A DNA stretch of 64,000 nt, taken from contig BPHK01000001.1 in NCBI GenBank assembly GCA_026003495.1, positions 1,705,703-1,769,702 on the forward strand. Direction: 5' to 3'. The notes beneath the pieces were generated by a model. The model ran no database searches. It worked only from the letters and a program-made list of their open reading frames with translations, and had not been told where the DNA came from. A program made the translations under genes and the position numbers. The DNA comes from Candidatus Kapaibacterium sp. (GTDB lineage: Bacteria; Bacteroidota; Ignavibacteria; Kapaibacteriales; NICIL-2). This document shows positions 56,799 to 64,000 of the stretch, one piece after another (the first letter of the stretch is position 1; each line of letters starts with the position of its first letter).

Positions 56799-57833
56799 AT
56801 GAAGATTGGCTCGCTCGACATCGAACGTGGCGTGCTGCTGGCACCGATGGAGGATGTCAGCGACTCGCCGTTTCGCCGTATTTGTCGCCGGTTCGGTGCC
56901 GACATCGTCTATACCGAGTTCATCTCCAGTGACGGATTGGTACGGAATGCACCGCGGTCGTTCCAAAAGCTTCGGATTGAACCGGACGAGCATCCTATCG
57001 CCGTGCAGATTTTCGGCGGACACATTCCGACGATGGTCGAGGCAGCTCGTGTTGCAATCGAGAGCAACCCAGATTTCCTCGACATCAACTGCGGCTGTTG
57101 GGTCAAGAACGTCGTCGCACGGAATGCTGGTGCTGCGCTCTTGAAAGATCCGCCCTTGATGGCTGCGATGGCGCGCGCGTTGGTGGGAGCTGTTCCCGTT
57201 CCGGTTACGGTCAAAACGCGTCTCGGCTGGGATCGCTCTTCGATCGTCATTTGCGATGTCGCCCGTATGCTCGAGGATGCTGGTATTGCTGCATTGGCAA
57301 TCCACTGCCGCACGCGCGATATGGGGCATAGCGGGTCTGCCGACTGGTCCTGGGTCGCACGTGTCAAAGAAGTTGTTTCCATTCCGGTCATCCTCAACGG
57401 TGACGTCGCAAGTGCGCTCGACGTCAAACGAGCTTTCGAGGAAACCGGATGCGACGCTGTGATGATCGGACGTGCTGCAATCGGCAATCCATTCATCTTC
57501 CGCCAGGCAAGAACGCTGCTCCAAACGGGGCAGCTCGAACCACCTCCACATCCGGACGAGCGCATCGCAGTTTGCTTGGAGCACTTGCGGCTGTTGATCG
57601 AGCATCGTGCCGATGAGCAGCGCGCAGTGCGTGAGTTCCGCAAGTTCTACGCCGGTTACCTCAAGTCGTTGCCGCATGTAGCGACCATCCGCCGGGAGCT
57701 GATGGAATTCGACTCATACGCACCAATCGAAGAGCGTCTGCTGCAGTATGCCGAATTCCTGCGCACCGATGATCGAATCAATGAACCAGCCATCGAACAA
57801 GCAGAAGAAGCAGTGCAGGAACTGCAGGGCTAA
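56799..57833 (+). CDS. dusB: tRNA-dihydrouridine synthase (DusB-like)
   Basis: MKIGSLDIERGVLLAPMEDVSDSPFR...DINCGC...VTVKTR...IHCRTR... matches the Dus TIM-barrel with catalytic Cys and a C-terminal helical domain. Alternative starts at 56778 and 56793. Confidence 0.85.
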   Translation: MKIGSLDIERGVLLAPMEDVSDSPFRRICRRFGADIVYTEFISSDGLVRNAPRSFQKLRIEPDEHPIAVQIFGGHIPTMVEAARVAIESNPDFLDINCGCWVKNVVARNAGAALLKDPPLMAAMARALVGAVPVPVTVKTRLGWDRSSIVICDVARMLEDAGIAALAIHCRTRDMGHSGSADWSWVARVKEVVSIPVILNGDVASALDVKRAFEETGCDAVMIGRAAIGNPFIFRQARTLLQTGQLEPPPHPDERIAVCLEHLRLLIEHRADEQRAVREFRKFYAGYLKSLPHVATIRRELMEFDSYAPIEERLLQYAEFLRTDDRINEPAIEQAEEAVQELQG

Positions 57834-57875
57834 CAGTGCATCAGACGGCCAACGCCGACACCTGTGAGCGTCTCC

Positions 57876-58670
57876 ATGGAACTATCGGTCGTCATCATCA
57901 CCTTGAACGAAGAACATCGGATCGGGCGCACACTTGAGGCGGTTGCCCCAATCGCAGACGAAATCGTCATCGTTGATAGCGGCTCCACCGATCGCACACG
58001 AGCAGTAGCATCTGCGTTTCCGAATGTCGTCTGGCTCGAGCGCCGATTCGATTGCTACGGCAAGCAGAAGAACTTCGGCAACGACTATGCGCACGGTCGG
58101 TACATTCTCTCGCTCGACGCCGACGAGGTGCTCACGCCAGCCCTCAGAAGCGAAATCGCAGCAGAGAAAGGGCAGTGGCGCGCAGATGTCTATGCAATGC
58201 TACGACTGCCCATTTACATCGGCAAGGAGATTCGCTGCACAGATTGGTATCCCGACGTTAAGTGGCGCTTGTTCCGCCGAGACATTGCTCGGTGGAGCGA
58301 CGACCTGGTCCACGAGCGGCTCCTGGTGAGCCAAGACGCCCGATGCCACGTCTTCAGCGGCGAGCTGGTGCACTATAGCTACGCCTCCGTCGCCGAGCAT
58401 CTGCAGCGGAACATCCGCTATAGCGCGCTTGCCGCAGAAACACGGTTTGCCGAAGGCCACCGTCCTGCATTACGCAATGCATTCTTGCGCGCAGGTCTGC
58501 GCTTTTTCAAAAGCCTTGTGCTCAAGCGGGGCTATCGTGCCGGGTGGCGCGGCTGGGCCATCGCCACGCTCGGTGCTGCAGTGTATCTGCAGCGAGAACT
58601 GCTCCTTGCTGAACGGTGGGAACAGCACCACAGCCAGTCCGAACGCTTGTTGTCATCAACCGAGCCCTAA
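57876..58670 (+). CDS. glycosyltransferase family 2 (LPS core-type)
   Basis: LSVVIITLNEE...IVIVDSGSTDRT...LSLDADE is the GT2 DxD context. ATG 57876 preferred over GTG 57864. Confidence 0.8.
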   Translation: MELSVVIITLNEEHRIGRTLEAVAPIADEIVIVDSGSTDRTRAVASAFPNVVWLERRFDCYGKQKNFGNDYAHGRYILSLDADEVLTPALRSEIAAEKGQWRADVYAMLRLPIYIGKEIRCTDWYPDVKWRLFRRDIARWSDDLVHERLLVSQDARCHVFSGELVHYSYASVAEHLQRNIRYSALAAETRFAEGHRPALRNAFLRAGLRFFKSLVLKRGYRAGWRGWAIATLGAAVYLQRELLLAERWEQHHSQSERLLSSTEP

Positions 58671-58675
58671 TCCTT

Positions 58676-60805
58676 ATGCCATCATCGCGATCAAAGAACA
58701 AGCAACCACGTGCTCCCGAACCGCAACACCCTCAACGGAAACGAAGAGTGCGCAACACTGCCACTGCAAGCGACGTCGAGCCACGTGCGACGACCGTCAC
58801 CGAACCCAGCGCAGAACGACTATCATCACCTCTGCAGCCGTCCGACGAAGAGCTGAGCGCATTCATCAGCCAACTGAAGCAATCACAGCGCTCGACTGGC
58901 GCACCGACGATGCAACCACCCGATGAGACGAACGGACAGCCACCACAGCATGCCGGCGCTGCTGCTTCGAACCAACCAATCCCTGTACCGCAGCAGACCA
59001 AGCCTGCAGCTCGGCAAGCTCACAAATCGAAAGCTCGTACCTCTCCACCAGAGCAACCTCCCACACCACCTGCACCGCCAGAAGCTGAGCAATCACCACC
59101 TCAGCAGCCGACACCACCCAACAGCGTAGCACACCAGCAGCAACACCATGCCCATTCTCAATCCGAAAGCGGAAACTCGTCTAAGCGACGCCGCAAGCAT
59201 CGGCGCAAGAAAAGTGCGCCAACACCGGCAGCGACGCCCGCAGGCCAGGAAAACAAGCCCCAAACCACAGACCAACCACATGCGGAAGGAAACCGTGTAC
59301 CTGAGCCAGCCGCAGCACCGACTGAGCCGCAGAAATCCACTCAACAAAAATCAAAACGTCCGCACCGCACGTTCATCGTGCGCGACCTTGTCGCGATGCC
59401 AGAGATACCGGACGAATGCATTCCAACGATCGAGCATGTTGAGCACATGCTCACTAGTGAGCTCGACGTCGAGCCGGGCGCTTCAATCTTGATCGCCATC
59501 AGTGGTGGCGTTGATTCAGTCGTTCTGCTCGACATTTTGTTCATCCTCTCTTTCGAGCATGGCTACCGCCTACACCTTGCACACGTCAACCACAAACTCC
59601 GCGCAGAAGAATCTGATCGAGACGAAGCATTTGTCCGCGCACTGGCGAAGCGATATGACCTTCCATGCCATGTTACACACGCCGAAACTGCTGCCTTTGC
59701 ACGCAAGCATCGGCTTAGCATCGAAGAAGCAGCACGCGAGCTTCGCTACCGCTTCCTCCGGCAAATGTGTGGCACCACCCATGCGCAATACTGCGCCGTC
59801 GCACACACCGCCGACGATACCGCAGAAACACTGCTCCTCAACCTTGTACGGGGCTCTGGACTGACTGGACTTGCGGCAATACCGCCGCGACGCCCACTGA
59901 CGAAAAAAGCAGCATTGATTCGCCCGCTCATCGGTATCACGCGCCAGCAAATCCTCCAGTACGCAACTGCCCGCTCGCTCGAATGGATCGAGGATAGCAC
60001 CAACACCGATCGCTCCTTTTTGCGCAACCGTATTCGCCACGAGGTGCTCCCGACTCTCCGAGAGCAGTTCAACCCACGCATTATCGAGACGCTGGCGCGA
60101 ACTGCGGAGCTGCTCCGTCAAGCAGATGGGTTCATCGAATCGTTTATCGAGAGCACGTTCCTCCAGATTGCAACGATCTACGATGGGCGAGTTGAGCTCA
60201 ACAAGAACGCACTTGGGCAGATGCATCCCTTCCTCCAAGGTGAATTGATCGAACGTGCGCTTGGGGAACTTACCGATCACCGCACCGTCCCACATGCTGC
60301 CGTCGAACGCGTCCGCTCGCTCCTTACAGCCGAAACAGGCACGCGGCAGTCGGTGACCGGTTCGATCGTTGCCGTTGCCGATCGGGCACACCTTGTCTTG
60401 AGCGACGAAAGCACCCTCCAAGCAGTTTACCTGCCCATCTTCAAGCTCGGAACGTATCACATCGGCCGCTTTACGATCACGCTCGAAGAGGTCGAACGGA
60501 ACGACGTCCGACTCGGTGCCGATCCAAACGTCGAATACTTTGACTACGACAAGCTTCCCTACCGTCTCTTCCTCCGCACGTGGCAGGCTGGCGATCGTTT
60601 TGCACCAATCGGCATGGGCAACCGCGAAGTGCTCGTGGCTGACTACTTGACGAACGCAAAAGCCAGTGACTACGATCGGCGCACCGCCGTTGTGCTTGCA
60701 ACAGCATCTGACATCGTCTGGCTCTGCGGCTATCGAATGAGTGAACATTTCAAACTCACCAATGAAACCCGACGTATCATCCGAGCGACATTCCAGCGTA
60801 CCTGA
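58676..60805 (+). CDS. tilS: tRNA(Ile)-lysidine synthase with a long low-complexity N-terminal extension
   Basis: The TilS core starts around ILIAISGGVDSVVLLDIL (PP-loop SGGxDS), followed by substrate-binding and C-terminal domains. About 257 in-frame codons rich in Pro/Gln/Ala/Lys precede the canonical-looking start at 59447. ATG 58676 lies 6 nt after the GT2 stop. Confidence 0.75.
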   Translation: MPSSRSKNKQPRAPEPQHPQRKRRVRNTATASDVEPRATTVTEPSAERLSSPLQPSDEELSAFISQLKQSQRSTGAPTMQPPDETNGQPPQHAGAAASNQPIPVPQQTKPAARQAHKSKARTSPPEQPPTPPAPPEAEQSPPQQPTPPNSVAHQQQHHAHSQSESGNSSKRRRKHRRKKSAPTPAATPAGQENKPQTTDQPHAEGNRVPEPAAAPTEPQKSTQQKSKRPHRTFIVRDLVAMPEIPDECIPTIEHVEHMLTSELDVEPGASILIAISGGVDSVVLLDILFILSFEHGYRLHLAHVNHKLRAEESDRDEAFVRALAKRYDLPCHVTHAETAAFARKHRLSIEEAARELRYRFLRQMCGTTHAQYCAVAHTADDTAETLLLNLVRGSGLTGLAAIPPRRPLTKKAALIRPLIGITRQQILQYATARSLEWIEDSTNTDRSFLRNRIRHEVLPTLREQFNPRIIETLARTAELLRQADGFIESFIESTFLQIATIYDGRVELNKNALGQMHPFLQGELIERALGELTDHRTVPHAAVERVRSLLTAETGTRQSVTGSIVAVADRAHLVLSDESTLQAVYLPIFKLGTYHIGRFTITLEEVERNDVRLGADPNVEYFDYDKLPYRLFLRTWQAGDRFAPIGMGNREVLVADYLTNAKASDYDRRTAVVLATASDIVWLCGYRMSEHFKLTNETRRIIRATFQRT

Positions 60806-61346
60806 GCGCGTCACACTCTACGGCAAAGTGTTTGAGCGCTACATCGAGCGGAGCGTCATCGCCGACGCAATCAGCCGAATGGCGGCAGAAATCGAACGTG
60901 ACTATGCTGGGCGTGAGCTTGTGCTACTCGTAGTCCTTAAAGGCGCGATGATGTTCGCAGCGGATTTAGCGCGTGCGTTGCACCTTTCGTCACTCCAACT
61001 CGAATTTGTGCGTGCCTCCAGCTATGGAGCTGCGATGACCAGCAGCGGTGCAGTTGCGCTCAATGGGGCGCTCGAGTGCGTGCGCGAACGGGATGTGCTC
61101 GTCATCGAAGATATTGCCGACAGTGGCGCCACCATCCGTGCAATTTGCGACCATCTCCGTGCGTTTGCGCCCGCCTCCATTGCAGTGGCGACGCTCCTGT
61201 CGAAGCCTGCGGTGCACAGAGGTACAATCCAGCTCGACTACGTCGGGATCGAAATCGAGCCAGTCTTTGTCGTGGGCTACGGCTTGGACTACAACGAGCT
61301 GGGGCGGAACCTTGCGGACATCTATCGCCTTGCCGAAGAGGGATAA
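60762..61346 (+). CDS. hpt: hypoxanthine phosphoribosyltransferase
   Basis: VVLKGAMMFAADL...VLVIEDIADSGATI (PRPP loop)...VVGYGLDYNELGRNL. This is the conserved tilS-hpt arrangement. The start is uncertain: ATG 60762 overlaps tilS by 44 nt, and GTG 60828 is an alternative. Confidence 0.85.
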   Translation: MKPDVSSERHSSVPERVTLYGKVFERYIERSVIADAISRMAAEIERDYAGRELVLLVVLKGAMMFAADLARALHLSSLQLEFVRASSYGAAMTSSGAVALNGALECVRERDVLVIEDIADSGATIRAICDHLRAFAPASIAVATLLSKPAVHRGTIQLDYVGIEIEPVFVVGYGLDYNELGRNLADIYRLAEEG

Positions 61347-61448
61347 CTCCAGCGTCAGATGCTCCTTCTGCTGTACACGCAGATTGACCGCCAATTGCAC
61401 AGAGCAGCGCACACGTCTCTGCGACAACCCACTTCCACGTACGTTCAT

Positions 61449-61478
61449 TTTGCGTTCACGTTCAGCTTCGTACCTTTG
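61449..61478 (+). promoter_or_regulatory. putative FCB-type promoter (TTTG-N18-TACCTTTG) for rlpA
   Basis: A -33-like TTTG at 61449..61452 and an exact TAnnTTTG at 61471..61478, 49 nt upstream of the rlpA ATG, which itself has an AGGAG Shine-Dalgarno sequence. Confidence 0.35.
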
Positions 61479-61527
61479 CATGCCCCTACCCATTGGGGCG
61501 CATTAGTTTCATCATCAGGAGAGCGCC

Positions 61528-62265
61528 ATGCACCTACGAATGCAGTGGCGGCGATTGTATGCCCGCCTGGTGAGCATTCCTGCCGTGACGCTCTTTGCGG
61601 TTGCCAGCGCAGTCGCAGTGCTCTCGAAGCTGAGCATCGCTGCAGCGAGCGAACAGCCAGAACTGTCGCTCCCGCAGCCACGCCTGGAGCGTGCCAGCTT
61701 CGCGGTTGTCTTTGAAGGCATCGCTTCCTATTACGCGCATGCGTTCCACGGACGGCGAACAGCCCATGGGAAGCGCTTCAACATGTACGAGTTCACAGCC
61801 GCCCACCGCACACTCCCGTTTGGCACGATCCTCCGCGTGACGAATCCCGCTACCGGTGAATGCCTCTTGGTGCAGATCAACGATCGGGGACCGTTTGTCA
61901 AGCGTCGCGTGCTCGACCTTTCCTATGCTGCTGCGTCTGCACTCGGAGTGCGCTTGGGGAAAATACGAGCAGAAGGCTTTGCTCCATCGGACATCGCAAG
62001 CGATTCTCTTGCATTGCTCTTTCTCGGGCCACGGTATGAGCCGTACCGCGCCGATCGCAATGCATTCAGCGTGATCGAGGAATTCACCCACTTCAGCCAC
62101 GCACTGCGTGCACACCGCTTGCGCGCAACTGATCCCGACATTGCACTTGCAATCTTGCCGATGCCCGGCGAAGAGGGCACTGGAGAATTCCGCTACGCAG
62201 TCGTGCGACTGTCGCCTCTGGTACGATCGGAGGATTCGCTGGCAGCGATGCTCCCACCACCGTAG
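61528..62265 (+). CDS. rlpA: septal ring lytic transglycosylase RlpA family protein
   Basis: DPBB domain GIASYYAHAFHGRRTAHGKRFNMYEFTAAHRTLPFGTILRVTNPATGECLLVQINDRGPF, an N-terminal anchor, and a SPOR-like C-terminal region. Confidence 0.85.
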   Translation: MHLRMQWRRLYARLVSIPAVTLFAVASAVAVLSKLSIAAASEQPELSLPQPRLERASFAVVFEGIASYYAHAFHGRRTAHGKRFNMYEFTAAHRTLPFGTILRVTNPATGECLLVQINDRGPFVKRRVLDLSYAAASALGVRLGKIRAEGFAPSDIASDSLALLFLGPRYEPYRADRNAFSVIEEFTHFSHALRAHRLRATDPDIALAILPMPGEEGTGEFRYAVVRLSPLVRSEDSLAAMLPPP

Positions 62266-63269
62266 TCGCCCGCATCAAGCTGGAGAAACTCAACAGCGTT
62301 TTTCCAAAGGATGCGCTCTTTGGTTTCCGGTGGAAGCTCCATGTGCTCGATGAATCTGCCGTGCTCCAAGTCTCCAAGCGGGAATGGATAATCGCTCCCC
62401 ATGACGACACGGTCTCGACCGACTACATCGAGCAGGTACGCCAGTGCGCGCTCGTCGTGTGTGATGCTATCCACCCAGAAGTGCCCAGCGTAGCTCCGTG
62501 GATCGCGCGTATGATTGACGTTGCATAAATCTGGGCGCGCACGCCAACCATGCGAGATACGTCCGAGCGTAAAAGGGAACGCACCACCTGCATGCGCAAA
62601 GAGCATCCGAAGTCGTGGAAAACGATCGAACACTCCACCGCAGATACAGCTATGAATCGCAAGCGCAGTTTCGGCCGGCATTCCAACAAGCCACTCCCCC
62701 CAGTATCGCTTCATACGCTCAGCACCGACCATATTCCACGGATGCACTAAGAGTGCAACACCGAGCGCTTCGGCAGCTTCGTAGAACGGAAATAGCCGCT
62801 CGTCGTCGAGATTGGCACCATTGACATTCGAGCCAATTTCGAGTCCTGGCATGCCAAGCTGGGTTCTGCAGCGTTCCATCTCTTCGATTGCCAGCGCAGT
62901 GTCCTGCAGCGGGACCGTTCCGAGCGCAAGAAAGCGGCGCGGATACCTGGCGACAACACTGGCTAAGTGATCGTTGAGAAAGCGTGCCCACTCGAGCGTG
63001 TGCTCGGGTTTTGCCCAGTAGTAGAACAGCACCGGCACGGTGCAGAGCACCATCACATCTACCCCATGGCGATCCATGTCCGCGATGATAGCCTCCGGAT
63101 CCCACGCGTTACGTCCAACTTCACGGAAGAAGACGCCATCATCCCGCATCATGCGGGCAGCACCTTCGCGGTAATGCTCAAGCACGATGAATCCTCCGTA
63201 GCCGAAGCGCTCGCGGAGAGGTTCCCAGCGCTCCGGCATGATGTGCGCGTGGATATCAATCTTTCGCAT
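62193..63269 (-). CDS. amidohydrolase-2 family decarboxylase, 2-amino-3-carboxymuconate-6-semialdehyde decarboxylase (ACMSD)-like
   Basis: KIDIHAHIMPE...VLCTVP...LLVHPW...FAHAGGAFP...GSDYPFP are metal ligands in ACMSD-like order. The gene is adjacent to HAAO. Its 3' end overlaps rlpA by 73 nt. Confidence 0.8.
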   Translation of the reverse strand: MRKIDIHAHIMPERWEPLRERFGYGGFIVLEHYREGAARMMRDDGVFFREVGRNAWDPEAIIADMDRHGVDVMVLCTVPVLFYYWAKPEHTLEWARFLNDHLASVVARYPRRFLALGTVPLQDTALAIEEMERCRTQLGMPGLEIGSNVNGANLDDERLFPFYEAAEALGVALLVHPWNMVGAERMKRYWGEWLVGMPAETALAIHSCICGGVFDRFPRLRMLFAHAGGAFPFTLGRISHGWRARPDLCNVNHTRDPRSYAGHFWVDSITHDERALAYLLDVVGRDRVVMGSDYPFPLGDLEHGRFIEHMELPPETKERILWKNAVEFLQLDAGDYGGGSIAASESSDRTRGDSRTTA

Positions 63270-63272
63270 TTC

Positions 63273-63800
63273 CTATGCTTTCGACGGCGAGGGCGGTTCC
63301 ATCACTGCGCCGCACTTTTTGCACGTGCGGTTTTCAACATTGCCGTAGAAACGCTCGAATATTGGCGGGAGCTGCTTGACGATGTCCGACACGTGCAGGT
63401 ACTCTTCGTAGAGCTTCTCCCCACAGCGCTCGCAGAACCAGAGAAAACCATCGAGCTCATCGCTGCGTCGCTTGCGCTCAATGACCAGCCCAACTGTATT
63501 CGGGCCGCGTTGCGGAGAGTGCGGCACTCGGGCTGGGAGAAGGAACATTTCCCCTTGTCGAATGTGGATGTCTCGCGGCGTGCCGTCGTCAATGATCTTG
63601 ACGGTGATGTCGCCTTCGATCTGGTAGAAGAGTTCCTCGCCTTCGTCGTAGTGGTAGTCTTTTCGGGAATTTGGACCACCAACGACCATCACGATAAAAT
63701 CACCGCCTTCGTAGATGCACTGGTTGCCTACTGGGGGTTTGAGCAAGTGGCGGTGCTCTTCGATCCACTGGAGAAAGTTGATCGGCGATGCGACGGCCAT
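63273..63800 (-). CDS. 3-hydroxyanthranilate 3,4-dioxygenase
   Basis: LKPPVGNQ...GGPNSRKDYHYDEGEELFYQIEGD...IRQGEMFLLPARVPHSPQR...VGLVIERKR, plus a C-terminal Cys4 motif (CERCG...CKKCG). Start ATG 63800 (or 63812). The longer track ORF is an artefact. Confidence 0.85.
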   Translation of the reverse strand: MAVASPINFLQWIEEHRHLLKPPVGNQCIYEGGDFIVMVVGGPNSRKDYHYDEGEELFYQIEGDITVKIIDDGTPRDIHIRQGEMFLLPARVPHSPQRGPNTVGLVIERKRRSDELDGFLWFCERCGEKLYEEYLHVSDIVKQLPPIFERFYGNVENRTCKKCGAVMEPPSPSKA

Positions 63801-63876
63801 GTGTTCCTCCATACCACGGTTTGACGATCTACGTGCAGGTGCAAAATACAACAGCAGCGCCGTAACTTGCTGCGCA

Positions 63877-64000
63877 ATGAATGGAGCAATCACAATCATC
63901 CAGACTGCCTTTTTGGGCGATGCCGCACTTGCGATGCTGTTTGCACAGCAAGTTTGTAACACGTTTCCAAACGCTCGAGTGCTCTTTGTCTGCCGCCCTG
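63877..64000 (+). CDS. glycosyltransferase family 9 protein, N-terminal fragment (runs off the right edge)
   Basis: Not in the ORF track. My translation from ATG 63877 gives MNGAITIIQTAFLGDAALAMLFAQQVCNTFPNARVLFVCRP, matching the GT9 N-terminal pattern (IIQTAFxGD...FP.A.I.F) also seen in the GT9 at 5271..6305. Confidence 0.55.
   Translation, partial: MNGAITIIQTAFLGDAALAMLFAQQVCNTFPNARVLFVCRP

Noticed and set aside
63813-63962. N-terminal extension of the HAAO ORF (track ORF 63273..63962), containing a transmembrane-like segment.
   Set aside because: HAAO homologues start at MAVASPINF... (ATG 63800). The extension overlaps the start of a divergent GT9 gene (ATG 63877, plus strand) and the promoter spacer between the two genes.
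1-64000. Scan for CRISPR arrays, IS elements or transposases, integrases, prophage genes, restriction-modification or toxin-antitoxin modules, tRNA/rRNA genes, and sigma-54 -24/-12 promoters.
   Set aside because: I found no regularly spaced direct repeats and no transposase, integrase or phage-like translations. No intergenic region is long enough or carries a T-loop-like GGTTCGAATCC motif for a tRNA. No TGGCAC-N5-TTGC match occurs on either strand. This was a by-eye scan only; tRNAscan, Infernal and repeat finders would be the formal check.

Overview
Gene-dense chromosomal segment, GC-rich by eye, with about 68 protein-coding genes. Many neighbours overlap by 1-4 nt (ATGA, GTGA, TGATG, TAATG). 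I infer an FCB-group bacterium (Bacteroidota / Chlorobiota / Ignavibacteriota / Rhodothermota-like). The evidence is two proteins ending in T9SS-type C-terminal sorting domains, a type III glutamine synthetase, and repeated TAnnTTTG boxes about 40 nt upstream of start codons. Content is overwhelmingly housekeeping: ribosomal proteins and translation factors (rpsF-rplI; rplM-rpsI-rpsB-tsf-pyrH-frr), purC and purH, queF-queD-gltX, and coaD plus a CoA-type Nudix. It also holds lipid A/LPS genes (lpxB, DUF374, lpxK, two GT9, one GT2) and cell-wall genes (SEDS protein, mtgA, ldcA, rlpA). The rest includes hslVU, tilS-hpt, rsmB, dusB, several orphan ABC ATPases, a 3-hydroxyanthranilate dioxygenase/ACMSD pair, two-component-type regulators and secreted proteins of unknown function. 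I see no rRNA, tRNA, CRISPR array, transposase, integrase, phage gene or recognisable defence/toxin module. I did not find a convincing novel multi-gene system. The observations most worth a second look are listed here. (1) A VWA-domain protein is translationally coupled to hslVU. (2) A signal-peptide/WD40/T9SS protein is split by one in-frame TGA. (3) A stand-alone response regulator is broken by a 1-nt frameshift. (4) TilS carries a ~257-codon Pro/Gln/Lys-rich N-terminal extension. (5) An rpsF-rplI operon lacks rpsR and runs by GTGA overlap into a secreted TldD/PmbA-like pair. (6) rpsF and rpsB have structured 5' leaders. All product calls rest on family signatures recognised by eye in the translations; no searches were run.
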